Below are positions 16,642 to 25,951 of a stretch of DNA of 37,820 nt, one piece after another; position 1 is the first letter of the stretch, and the number at the start of each line of letters is the position of its first letter. Under the pieces are notes generated by a model. It made no database searches and was not told where the DNA came from. It worked only from the letters and a program-made list of their open reading frames with translations. The DNA lies in NCBI GenBank assembly GCA_030145365.1, contig JAQYVS010000212.1, forward strand, positions 1-37,820, in the 5' to 3' direction. Made by a program: the position numbers and the translations under genes. Origin of the DNA: Desulfofustis sp. (GTDB lineage: Bacteria; Desulfobacterota; Desulfobulbia; Desulfobulbales; Desulfocapsaceae).

Positions 16642-19329
16642 ATGAGTGCACAAAGGAAGTTTTCAAGTCTTTCCCATCAACCGTATCGTGGAATATGGGT
16701 AATGATTCTTGGTCTGCTGTGTGTTTTTCTCCTTATTTCAAAAACTGCGGCTGCAGTTGAACAGAACACCGCTTATCTGCCGCTGCAGATCATTGCCCAG
16801 CAGGTTGATACTGCCTTCATCGAAAAGGTTGACGGCAGCTTCAGCACAACGCTTATGGCCAACGATTTTCAGATTACTGACCGTGCATCAGCCGAAAAGA
16901 TGGTGGATTACAGTCAGTGGCCCCCTGACCTTGAAACCCTTGAGAAGGTGGCTAAAACAACCGGATACGATAACGTTGCGGCCGGTTCGGTAACAATTAT
17001 CGGCAATCAGGTGAGCGTTGATGTAAAAGTCTACGATTTACTCAACCCCGATAAGCCTAAATATTTTTTCCGTGAAGCGACCTCCATTGCAGAGCTTGAT
17101 TTTGTCATCGACCAGGTAATGCAAGAGGTCATTTCCTACACCGAGCGGCAACAGTTTATTGGCTCGATCGCCCCGGAAGGCAACACGAGGATCGACTCTG
17201 GCGCAATTTTAAGAAAGATCCAGACAAAAGCAGGTGATGCTTACAACCCGGCCAGACTGAGGGAAGATCTGAAATCGATTTATAAAATGGGTTATTTCGA
17301 CGATGTCCAAATCGACATCAGCGACGATGACAGCGGTAAGATAGTAATTTTCAGAGTTGTTGAAAAGCCGGCGATCAGCGATCTCAGTTATTCTGGTATT
17401 GACGAGCTCGATGACGACGATGTTACGGCAGTGGTCAGCATCAAGGAAAATTCTATTCTCAACCCCACCCGGGTCAACGAATCGGCGGCGGCAATCAAGG
17501 CCCTCTACAAATCAAAAGGGTATTACAATACAGAGGTAACACCCAATATCAGTTATCCAACCCCGGAAACAGCGGCAGTCCGTTTTGTCATAGAAGAAGG
17601 GAAAAAAATCTATATCAAGGAAATCGGCTTTGAAGGTAATACCACCTTTGACGACGATGACCTGGAAGATGTCATTGAAACCTCAACTAAAAACTTTCTA
17701 ACCTGGCTGACCGAGGCGGGCCTGCTCAATACCGACAAACTCAATCAGGATGCAACCAGAATCGTGGCGTTTTATCACAACAACGGCTTTCTTGAGGCCC
17801 GGGTTGGTGAACCGGTCATTACCCAGGACGAGGAATGGCTGTTCATTAAATTCATCATCGAGGAAGGTCCGCGATTCAAAGTGGGAACGGTCGATATCGA
17901 GGGTGATTTGATCAGTGACAAGGAAATATTTCTCGATATGCTCAGCATAAGAAACGAGGAGTTCCTGAGCCGAAAAGTCCTTCGTGACGATATTTTACTG
18001 ATTACCGATTACTACTCCGAACAGGGCTATGCCTTTGCCGAAATACGACCGATCATGGACAAATCTGTGTCCGGCTCCCGCGTTGATATCAAGCTCAAAG
18101 TTGACAAAGGTGATCTGGTATATATCAACAGGATTACCATCAGAGGCAATACCAGGACCCGTGACAATGTGATCAGACGTGACCTGATTATTGCTGAAGG
18201 AGGCGTATTTAACGCGAAAGGCATTAGAGAAAGCTCACAAAAATTACAACGCTTGGATTTCTTCGAAGAGGTTAATCTTATTCCGGAGCCGGCGCTTGAC
18301 CCATCCAAGATGAATATTCTGGTCGACGTCAAAGAAAAAAGTACCGGTCAGTTCAGCATTGGGGCCGGTTATTCCTCTGTGGACAGTTTGATTCTGATGG
18401 GCGAAATTTCCGAAAACAATTTTCTCGGCATGGGCCATCGTCTGGCCTTAAGCGCCAATATCGGTGGAAAAAGTAGCCGATACAATTTGTCCTGGACCAA
18501 TCCCCGGTTAAATGATTCAAATGTTTCCGTTGGTACCGATCTGTTTAACTGGAGTAGAGAATTCGATGATTACACCAAGGATTCAAAAGGTGGGGCCATC
18601 CGATTCGGACACCCACTCTGGAAAAAGTGGCGGATGTATGAGAGCTATAGCTATACCGACACCGAGCTCAGCGATGTGGCCCCCAATGCTTCCTTCATCA
18701 TCAAGGAATCACAGGACATTCCCATCACCAGTGCGGTTAAAGCTAGCTTTGTCCGAGACACCAGAGACCGGCTTTACGGAGCAACCGCAGGTTCAAGAAA
18801 TTCATTTTCGGTTAAATATGCCGGTGGAATTCTGGGAGGTGATTCACAATTCACCAAAGGTGAAGCAACCTCAAGCTGGTATTTTGGCATGCCTTTTAGT
18901 ACCGTCTTTCACATTCTCGGCTCCGTCGGCCAGGCATGGGCGAACGAAGAAGGTAAACTCCCGGTTTACGAACGCTTTTATCTTGGCGGTATGAACAGTA
19001 TCAGAGGCCACGAATACGGTAAAGTCAGTCCTATAGATCCGGAGACGGGTGACCGAATCGGCGGCGATCGGATGTGGTATGTCAATACTGAAATCGTCGT
19101 GCCCCTCGTTAAAGAGCAGGGCGTCTACGGTGTTGTCTTTTATGATGCCGGTGATTCGATTGCTGAAGATCAGGAATTCACATTCAACGATCTTGCCCAA
19201 GGAGTCGGTGTTGAGCTGCGCTGGCTGTCACCGTTCGGACCATTACGCCTGGTCTATGGATATAATCCTGATCCTCGGATAGACGAAGATGAACACGTCT
19301 GGGATTTCAGTATCGGAGGTCAATTCTGA
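16642..19329 (+). CDS. bamA: Outer membrane protein assembly factor BamA (Omp85) with an N-terminal extension
   Basis: 895 aa. It has a signal peptide and repeated POTRA-like units (e.g. IKEIGFEGNTTF, VGTVDIEGD, INRITIRGNTRTRD). The C-terminal beta-barrel carries the signature RGHEYG and ends in the aromatic terminus GGQF. Confidence 0.95.
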   Translation: MSAQRKFSSLSHQPYRGIWVMILGLLCVFLLISKTAAAVEQNTAYLPLQIIAQQVDTAFIEKVDGSFSTTLMANDFQITDRASAEKMVDYSQWPPDLETLEKVAKTTGYDNVAAGSVTIIGNQVSVDVKVYDLLNPDKPKYFFREATSIAELDFVIDQVMQEVISYTERQQFIGSIAPEGNTRIDSGAILRKIQTKAGDAYNPARLREDLKSIYKMGYFDDVQIDISDDDSGKIVIFRVVEKPAISDLSYSGIDELDDDDVTAVVSIKENSILNPTRVNESAAAIKALYKSKGYYNTEVTPNISYPTPETAAVRFVIEEGKKIYIKEIGFEGNTTFDDDDLEDVIETSTKNFLTWLTEAGLLNTDKLNQDATRIVAFYHNNGFLEARVGEPVITQDEEWLFIKFIIEEGPRFKVGTVDIEGDLISDKEIFLDMLSIRNEEFLSRKVLRDDILLITDYYSEQGYAFAEIRPIMDKSVSGSRVDIKLKVDKGDLVYINRITIRGNTRTRDNVIRRDLIIAEGGVFNAKGIRESSQKLQRLDFFEEVNLIPEPALDPSKMNILVDVKEKSTGQFSIGAGYSSVDSLILMGEISENNFLGMGHRLALSANIGGKSSRYNLSWTNPRLNDSNVSVGTDLFNWSREFDDYTKDSKGGAIRFGHPLWKKWRMYESYSYTDTELSDVAPNASFIIKESQDIPITSAVKASFVRDTRDRLYGATAGSRNSFSVKYAGGILGGDSQFTKGEATSSWYFGMPFSTVFHILGSVGQAWANEEGKLPVYERFYLGGMNSIRGHEYGKVSPIDPETGDRIGGDRMWYVNTEIVVPLVKEQGVYGVVFYDAGDSIAEDQEFTFNDLAQGVGVELRWLSPFGPLRLVYGYNPDPRIDEDEHVWDFSIGGQF

Positions 19330-19359
19330 TCCCATTCAACCGGCTAAACGGATAATCCC

Positions 19360-19397
19360 GCCGACTGCATCGCGCCTGCAGTCGGCGCTTTTTTTTT
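19360..19397 (+). terminator. Rho-independent terminator after bamA
   Basis: GCCGACTGCA (19360-19369) and TGCAGTCGGC (19377-19386) are exact complements with a 7-nt loop. GC plus a run of 9 T (19389-19397) follows. Confidence 0.8.
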
Positions 19398-22300
19398 ATG
19401 AGTATGCCATTCCCTTTTACCAAAGCTGATACAATTTCGGTTTCCGGGCTTCGAGGCTCTGCCGCATCCTGGTTCTGTGCAGCCAACCAAGTTGACCGGC
19501 CGGCCTGCTGCATTTTGCCCGACGAGCAGATGGTCGGTGGATTCGAACAAGATCTTTCGCTGTTTACCGATCGTTTGATTTTCACCTACCCGGGTTATGA
19601 AATTCCACCATACACCCCCCTTTCACCCGATCAGCACACCGCCGCTTCCAGGCTTTCAACCCTGTACCACCTCATGGAAAGCCAGGATCCGTTTATCCTG
19701 ATCATCTCGATAGAGGCTCTGTTGCGCCGGGTTATGAGCCGGGTATCCCTGCAGAAACATGCGGAACTGCTCATGGAAGGAGAAGAATGCGATCTTCACT
19801 CCCTGCGTTCTGCACTGGTAACCATGGGCTACGAACACGTTTCACTGGTGAAAAGTTTTGGTGATTTTTCAGTGCGTGGCGGGGTGGTCGATATCTATCC
19901 TCCCCCGTTTTTACTCCCCGATTCATCCATGCACGATGGACCGATTCGACTTGATTTTTTTGGTGACATCATCGAATCAATTCGCCCTTTTAATCCGCTC
20001 TCTCAAAGATCATCAGGGCATTTTGAAGAGGCAATTGTTCTGCCAGTCAGCGACATCTTATTACCGACAGTCAAGTCATCGGAGCTGAGTCAGCTGGTTA
20101 ATACCTGGCTGGAGACATCTGAAAAACTCGGCTGGTCATCGGATAAAACCAACGAAATGGCTGAGCGATTGAAAAACGGGCTCCGCTTTGCCGGAATTGA
20201 ATTTTTTCTACCGCTTTTCAACTCACCTGAGACAAGCGCAACCGTTTTCGACTACCTGCCCGAGTCAAGCTCTTTGTATTTTGTCGAACCCGAAGCAATC
20301 AGCAGGCAGGTACAATTGGTTCATGAACGAATCACGGCTAACTTTGACAGCGCTGTTCAAGCAGCCAATCCCTGTCTTGCTCCAGAAGAGCTCTTTATTA
20401 TTAAAGACCAACTTGGCAGCTATTGTGAAACATTTGATCAATTTGCAATTACCGATTTCGTCCAGGAGCAAGGGCAAGCAATAACGGTTCGAACGAGCAA
20501 CCATCAGCTGCTGAAACAGGAAATTTCCTTTAACCGCAAACAACACGGGTTACTTAAAATACTTACCATTCAAGTGTCGGACTGGTTGGAACATGGCGAC
20601 ACCGTCGTTGTCTGTTGTCGCTCGAACCAGCGCCGTAAAAACCTTGCCGAGCTGCTTGGCCGATTCAACTTCTCGGTTGAACCCCTGCAAGGCCCGCTTG
20701 ATATTGACCAACTTACTCAAAAGAATCAAGAGTCAACCCTGTATCTCTGTGATCATCCACTTGAACAGGGGTTTAGTCTTGAAGAAAAGCGGCTGCATCT
20801 GCTTTCGGAGCATGAATTGTTCGGTGAGATGCGCCTGGGACTGAGGAAAAAGCAAAAAAAGGCCGCCGGAGCGCCAATCAGTTTTGCCGAATTGCATGAA
20901 GGAGATGTTATTGTCCACCGGGAACATGGGCTGGGGATCTATCGCGGTCTGGAAACCATCTCGCTGCAGCAGGTCACCAACGACTATATGCTCCTGGAAT
21001 ACCGGGACGGCGACAAACTCTATATCCCGGTTGACCGGCTGAATCTGGTCAGCCGTTACGAGGGTCTATCGGACAAAGTACCCAAAATAGACAAGCTCGG
21101 CGGCCAATCATGGAAGAGTGCCAAGCAAAAAGTCTCCGATGAGGTCTGGAAAGTTGCCCAGGAACTCCTTGATATTTATGCAACACGAGAGGTAAGCAAA
21201 GGTAGAGCATTTTCACCGCCGGGAGAATTTTATAAGGAATTAGAAGAATCATTTCCCTTTGATGAAACGCCAGGGCAGTATCAGGCTATTAACGACGCCA
21301 TTGACGATCTGACCGCCACCCGTTCCATGGACCGCTTAATTTGTGGCGATGTCGGTTACGGAAAGACAGAAGTCGCCATAAGGGCGGCGTTCAAAGTGGT
21401 TGAAGATTCACATCAGGTTGCCCTGCTGGTACCAACCACCGTCCTGGCCGAACAGCATGCCAAAACGTTCAAGGACCGGCTAAAGGATTTTCCCGTCAAG
21501 ATCAGTTGTCTTAACCGATTCAGAAGTACAAAGGAACAAAAAGAGATTGTTGCCGGTCTGGCCGACTCATCCATCGATATCGTCATTGGCACCCATCGCC
21601 TGCTGTCAAAAGATATACGATTTGCTCAACTCGGCTTGCTGATTATCGACGAAGAGCATCGTTTTGGTGTTTCCCACAAAGAAAAGATTAAAAGAATCAA
21701 GGCCGAAGTCGACGTTCTAACACTGACGGCAACACCGATACCCCGGACCCTCCAATTATCTCTGCTGGGCATCCGCGACCTTTCGGTTATTTCGACACCT
21801 CCCGAACACCGGCGGCCAGTCAAGACCTTTGTTGCCCGCTACGATGAACTGGTTATAAAGGAAGCAGTCAGCCGCGAACTGGTGCGGGGCGGCCAGATAT
21901 TTGTTGTACATAACAGGGTCAAATCGATTCATCGCATGGCGGCAACAGTTCAGAAACTTGTACCCCACGCCAGAGTCGCGGTTGCCCATGGTCAGATGGC
22001 AGGTAAAGAGCTGGAAGACATCATGGTGGCCTTTGTCAATGCTCAGATCGATGTGTTGATCAGCACCACCATTATCGAATCCGGCCTGGATATTCCCAGT
22101 GCCAACACCATTATTATCAATCGAGCGGACCGACTCGGATTGGCTGAGATATACCAGCTGCGCGGCAGAGTCGGTCGTTCCACCGTCCAGTCATTTGCCT
22201 ATCTGCTTGTGCCTTCGCTGGATCATTTGTCCAAAGACTCCCGAGAGCGACTCAAGGCCCTCATGGAGTACAACGAGCTAGGCGGCGGTTTTAAGCTGGC

Positions 22301-22934
22301 CATGTCCGACTTGCAGATCCGCGGCGGAGGAAATTTGCTTGGAGTTTCCCAGAGTGGTCATATCAGTGCCATCGGCTATGATCTATACCTGGAACTGCTC
22401 CAGAAAACCGTATCGGACCTCAAAGCAGAAAAAGAGGGCGGCCCTGCTGCCTCACAGCACGAGGAATTTGATCCTGAGATACATCTTAATATCTCGTCCT
22501 ATATTCCTGAGACCTATATCGCTGATATCGGGCAGCGATACATTATGTACCGCCGCGTGGCCGCACTCAGCAAAGGGGCCGATGAGGCATTTGCTGATCT
22601 TCAGGAAGAACTCGTCGACCGTTACGGAACAATTCCTGAAGAATTACAAAACCTGTTTATGGTTGTGGCAATAAAAAAAGAAATCATTCCGCTCAGAATA
22701 AAAAAACTTGAGCGTGGAACCAACAGTTTGGTGTTATCCTTTATGTCCGATACACCGATAAAACCGGAACTGCTTCTGGATATGCTTGCAGCGCAAGCTA
22801 ACGGGAAGAGGCTCACGCCAGACGGCAGGCTCATTATCACGACAGATGCTGATTCCGGCCAAAAACTTTACCAGGCAGTTTCTACAATAACTGCACAATT
22901 GAGCCATCTCACTGATGAACAATCACAACAATAA
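19398..22934 (+). CDS. mfd: Transcription-repair coupling factor Mfd
   Basis: 1178 aa. The superfamily-2 helicase motifs are GDVGYGKTEVA, DEEHRFGV, LTLTATPIPRT and QLRGRVGR. The N-terminal UvrB-homology region aligns from the first residues. Confidence 0.95.
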   Translation: MSMPFPFTKADTISVSGLRGSAASWFCAANQVDRPACCILPDEQMVGGFEQDLSLFTDRLIFTYPGYEIPPYTPLSPDQHTAASRLSTLYHLMESQDPFILIISIEALLRRVMSRVSLQKHAELLMEGEECDLHSLRSALVTMGYEHVSLVKSFGDFSVRGGVVDIYPPPFLLPDSSMHDGPIRLDFFGDIIESIRPFNPLSQRSSGHFEEAIVLPVSDILLPTVKSSELSQLVNTWLETSEKLGWSSDKTNEMAERLKNGLRFAGIEFFLPLFNSPETSATVFDYLPESSSLYFVEPEAISRQVQLVHERITANFDSAVQAANPCLAPEELFIIKDQLGSYCETFDQFAITDFVQEQGQAITVRTSNHQLLKQEISFNRKQHGLLKILTIQVSDWLEHGDTVVVCCRSNQRRKNLAELLGRFNFSVEPLQGPLDIDQLTQKNQESTLYLCDHPLEQGFSLEEKRLHLLSEHELFGEMRLGLRKKQKKAAGAPISFAELHEGDVIVHREHGLGIYRGLETISLQQVTNDYMLLEYRDGDKLYIPVDRLNLVSRYEGLSDKVPKIDKLGGQSWKSAKQKVSDEVWKVAQELLDIYATREVSKGRAFSPPGEFYKELEESFPFDETPGQYQAINDAIDDLTATRSMDRLICGDVGYGKTEVAIRAAFKVVEDSHQVALLVPTTVLAEQHAKTFKDRLKDFPVKISCLNRFRSTKEQKEIVAGLADSSIDIVIGTHRLLSKDIRFAQLGLLIIDEEHRFGVSHKEKIKRIKAEVDVLTLTATPIPRTLQLSLLGIRDLSVISTPPEHRRPVKTFVARYDELVIKEAVSRELVRGGQIFVVHNRVKSIHRMAATVQKLVPHARVAVAHGQMAGKELEDIMVAFVNAQIDVLISTTIIESGLDIPSANTIIINRADRLGLAEIYQLRGRVGRSTVQSFAYLLVPSLDHLSKDSRERLKALMEYNELGGGFKLAMSDLQIRGGGNLLGVSQSGHISAIGYDLYLELLQKTVSDLKAEKEGGPAASQHEEFDPEIHLNISSYIPETYIADIGQRYIMYRRVAALSKGADEAFADLQEELVDRYGTIPEELQNLFMVVAIKKEIIPLRIKKLERGTNSLVLSFMSDTPIKPELLLDMLAAQANGKRLTPDGRLIITTDADSGQKLYQAVSTITAQLSHLTDEQSQQ

Positions 22935-23589
22935 ACACCCCTTTCTTTGGCAAGACGTTTCAACAGTACTGCTCGATATGGACGGCACCCTGCTTGACAA
23001 ATATTATGACGACTACTTCTGGGAAGAATTTCTTCCTCTTATGTATGCAAAAAAAAATGGCCTCCGTCCCCAGCAGGCAACATATGAACTGATGGAGCGC
23101 TACCGCTCGGTTGAATGCACTCTGAACTGGACCGATTTGAATTATTGGTCGGAACAACTTGAGCTCGATATCGTCGGTCTAAAAAAACAGATAGATCATT
23201 TGATCGTGGTACACCCCCACGTCCTCGATTTTCTGACTTTTTTAAATGAGCAGGACAAGTCAGTATATTTGGTCACCGCCGCCCACCCCAAAGCCCTTGA
23301 TATCAAGATGAACAAGGTCGATCTTTCGGGATATTTTAACGAACTCATCTGTACTGAGGATATCGGAAAACCCAAAGAAGATGGCAGCTTTTGGGAACAG
23401 CTCGAGAAAACGCTTGGCTTTGAACGCACCCAAACGGTGTTTGCCGACGATAACACATCCGTACTGAATACGGCCAAAACTCACGGCATCGCCCATCTCA
23501 TACATATCGCCAAGCCAAGTTCAAGACAACCACTGTGCTATTCGACCGAGTTTGTTTCCATCGCTTCCTTCGATGAGTTGATATTTTGA
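22915..23589 (+). CDS. yrfG: HAD-superfamily hydrolase, YrfG (GMP/IMP nucleotidase)-like
   Basis: 224 aa. HAD motif I is VLLDMDGTLLD. It is collinear with E. coli YrfG as recalled (DNYFW, TLNW.DL.YWSEQL.LDI, PKED..FW). It overlaps the mfd 3' end by 20 nt. Confidence 0.75.
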   Translation: MNNHNNKHPFLWQDVSTVLLDMDGTLLDKYYDDYFWEEFLPLMYAKKNGLRPQQATYELMERYRSVECTLNWTDLNYWSEQLELDIVGLKKQIDHLIVVHPHVLDFLTFLNEQDKSVYLVTAAHPKALDIKMNKVDLSGYFNELICTEDIGKPKEDGSFWEQLEKTLGFERTQTVFADDNTSVLNTAKTHGIAHLIHIAKPSSRQPLCYSTEFVSIASFDELIF

Positions 23590-23714
23590 AAAAAATCTGG
23601 CAATTTAGCTGTTGATACATTTTCTTGTCTCAAACACCGAGATGATTAAACAGGGCTTGTTGCAGGTTCTTTAGACAAACCGGAAACTCGTTATAGGCAG
23701 TCTTGCAAACAGAG

Positions 23715-23729
23715 CAGAACAATGTTCTG
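23715..23729. promoter_or_regulatory. Perfect 15-bp palindrome (7-1-7) upstream of prpE; candidate repressor operator
   Basis: CAGAACA-A-TGTTCTG lies 207 nt upstream of the prpE ATG. It is flanked by a -35-like TTGCAA (23703-23708) and a -10-like TATAGT (23739-23744), whose 30-nt spacing is not canonical. It shares the 11-mer AACAATGTTCT with 29491-29501. Confidence 0.35.
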
Positions 23730-23935
23730 TTTTTCGCATATAGTGTTTGTATTACAGATGTTTTTTTCCACTCATATCCTGGTAGTTATTTTTTCTTATA
23801 ACACTTGAAGTTACTGTAAATATTTAGTATGTGTGGTAGCATCAATGCGTATCTTTTCTCAGCTCATGAGGTGTAAAACACATGTAACAAGCGTAGAAAT
23901 CCTTATAAACCACTAACCCTAAAAGAGGTGGCAAC

Positions 23936-25831
23936 ATGGCGAAATATGACGAGATTTTTACCGAAAGCATTGAACACCCAGAAAAATTTTGGGCCGATGC
24001 TGCAGAAGGCATTGACTGGTATCAGAAATGGGATACGGTGGTGGACGATTCCAACCCTCCATTTTACCGCTGGTTCACCGGCGGTTTGATGAACACCTGT
24101 TATAATGCCGTCGATCGTCATGTAGAAGCCGGCCGAGGTGATCAAACGGCATTTATCCACGACAGTCCGGTCACCGATTCGATCACCAAGGTTACCTATA
24201 AGGAACTCCAAGAAAAAGTTGCCCTGCTTGCCGGCGCGCTTCAGTCAATTGGTGTAACCAAAGGCGACACGGTAATCATCTACATGCCCATGATTCTCGA
24301 GGCCGCCTATGCGATGTTGGCCTGTGCCAGACTCGGGGCAGTTCACTCGGTGGTTTTTGGCGGTTTTGCTGCCAACGAATTGGCGATCAGGATCAATCAC
24401 GCCGAACCAAAGGTCATTATGACCGCTTCGGGAGCCATTGAAGGTACAAAAATACTAGCCTACAAGCCGATCGTTGATGAGGCGATTGACATTGCCGACC
24501 ATAAAATTGAAAAATGCGTTGTATATCAACGGCCCTTTGTCACTTCCGACATGCAGGAAGGCCGCGATATCGACTGGAACGATTTTGTAAATGGCGCCCA
24601 ACCAGCCGATTGTGTTCCCGTCGCGGCAACAGATCCTCTCTACATTCTTTACACATCCGGAACTACCGGCATGCCCAAAGGAGTCATCCGCGATAACGGC
24701 GGACATGCGGTAGCTCTTCACTGGAGTATGAAAGCAATTTATGACATTGATACCGGCGACGTGTGGTGGTCGGCTTCAGATGTGGGCTGGGTTGTCGGAC
24801 ATTCCTATATCGTATACGGTCCGCTGCTCAAAGGAGCAACTTCAGTTTTTTATGAAGGAAAACCCATCGGCACCCCGGATGCTGGCGCATTCTGGCGACT
24901 CATTTCTGAACATGGGGTTAAATCACTGTTCACCGCTCCGACTGCATTCAGAGCTATCAAGAAAGAAGACCCCGATGGCATATTCATCTCCAAGTATGAC
25001 ATTTCCTGCTTTGAATGTCTCTATCTGGCAGGTGAACGACTTGACCCGGATACTTACTATTGGGCCTCCAACCTGCTCAAGGTTCCGGTTATAGACCATT
25101 GGTGGCAGACAGAAACCGGCTGGGCCATCGTTGCCAACTGCCGGGGTGTCGAAGAGTTACCGGTTAAAGCCGGTTCGCCGAGCAAATCAGTTCCAGGATA
25201 TAATGTGATGGTACTCGATGACGAGGGCAATGAAGTCGGTGCCAATACCGAAGGAAACATCGTCGTCAAGCTGCCGCTGCCTCCGGGAACACTGCCCACT
25301 CTGTGGAAAAACGATAAGCGTTATATCGACTCGTACATGTCCACTTTTCCAGGCTATTATGAAACAAGCGACGGCGGCTACATTGATGAAGACGGCTATG
25401 TTTACGTGATGGGCCGCATGGATGACGTTATTAATATTGCCGGCCACCGTCTCTCCACCGGGGCAATGGAAGAAGTTATCGCCACCCATCCTGACATTGC
25501 TGAATGTGCTGTTTTCGGTACCGAGGACCAACTCAAAGGCCAATTGCCCGTTGGGCTTTTTGTACTCAAATCAGGCGTTGATCGAGATGTTGAAGAGATT
25601 CAAACCGAGCTGGTTAAACTGGTTCGGGAGAAAATCGGTGCCATTGCCTGCTTCCGCGAATCAAGACCGGTTATCCGTCTGCCTAAAACTCGGTCCGGAA
25701 AAATTCTCAGAGGCACAATGCGTTCAATTGCCGCGGGTAAAGATTATCGGATTCCGTCTACCATAGATGATCCTACCATTATAGATGAGATAACCGAAAC
25801 CTTGAACAATATGGGATACCCGCCTAAATAA
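23936..25831 (+). CDS. prpE: Propionate--CoA ligase (propionyl-CoA synthetase), AMP-forming
   Basis: 631 aa, collinear with enteric PrpE as recalled. Shared blocks are PEKFWA...NPPF.RWF.GG.TN.C.NAVDRH, YTSGTTGMPKGV, SDVGWVVGHSYIVYGPLL, DDVINIAGHRLST and LPKTRSGKILR...TIDDP. A GAGGTG RBS is present. Confidence 0.85.
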   Translation: MAKYDEIFTESIEHPEKFWADAAEGIDWYQKWDTVVDDSNPPFYRWFTGGLMNTCYNAVDRHVEAGRGDQTAFIHDSPVTDSITKVTYKELQEKVALLAGALQSIGVTKGDTVIIYMPMILEAAYAMLACARLGAVHSVVFGGFAANELAIRINHAEPKVIMTASGAIEGTKILAYKPIVDEAIDIADHKIEKCVVYQRPFVTSDMQEGRDIDWNDFVNGAQPADCVPVAATDPLYILYTSGTTGMPKGVIRDNGGHAVALHWSMKAIYDIDTGDVWWSASDVGWVVGHSYIVYGPLLKGATSVFYEGKPIGTPDAGAFWRLISEHGVKSLFTAPTAFRAIKKEDPDGIFISKYDISCFECLYLAGERLDPDTYYWASNLLKVPVIDHWWQTETGWAIVANCRGVEELPVKAGSPSKSVPGYNVMVLDDEGNEVGANTEGNIVVKLPLPPGTLPTLWKNDKRYIDSYMSTFPGYYETSDGGYIDEDGYVYVMGRMDDVINIAGHRLSTGAMEEVIATHPDIAECAVFGTEDQLKGQLPVGLFVLKSGVDRDVEEIQTELVKLVREKIGAIACFRESRPVIRLPKTRSGKILRGTMRSIAAGKDYRIPSTIDDPTIIDEITETLNNMGYPPK

Positions 25832-25844
25832 ATACAGTTCCTAC

Positions 25845-25883
25845 CAGCAAACCGCCGTTTCTGTTCTGAACGGCGGTCTGCTG
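25845..25883 (+). terminator. 15-bp stem (1 mismatch) hairpin between prpE and sucC; partial terminator or processing/stability element
   Basis: CAGCAAACCGCCGTT (25845-25859) pairs with AACGGCGGTCTGCTG (25869-25883) across a 9-nt loop with a single A/C mismatch. Only a weakly T-rich tail follows (CTCTGTTATGTTTCT). Confidence 0.45.
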
Positions 25884-25951
25884 CTCTGTTATGTTTCTAT
25901 ACCGTCAACACATCTGTTTTTTCTAAAGTACGGAGGAATCTCACAAGAACC

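Noticed and set aside
23597-23612. TGGCAA...GCTG sigma54-like sequence downstream of the yrfG-like gene
   Set aside because: The GG to GC spacing is 7 nt rather than 10, so it does not fit the -24/-12 geometry.
23936-25831. Interpretation as acetyl-CoA synthetase
   Set aside because: - The N-terminal region and the C-terminal ...TIDDP... tail match the PrpE pattern rather than Acs.
- The genomic context is propionate-specific.
- Substrate preference still needs an enzymatic test.
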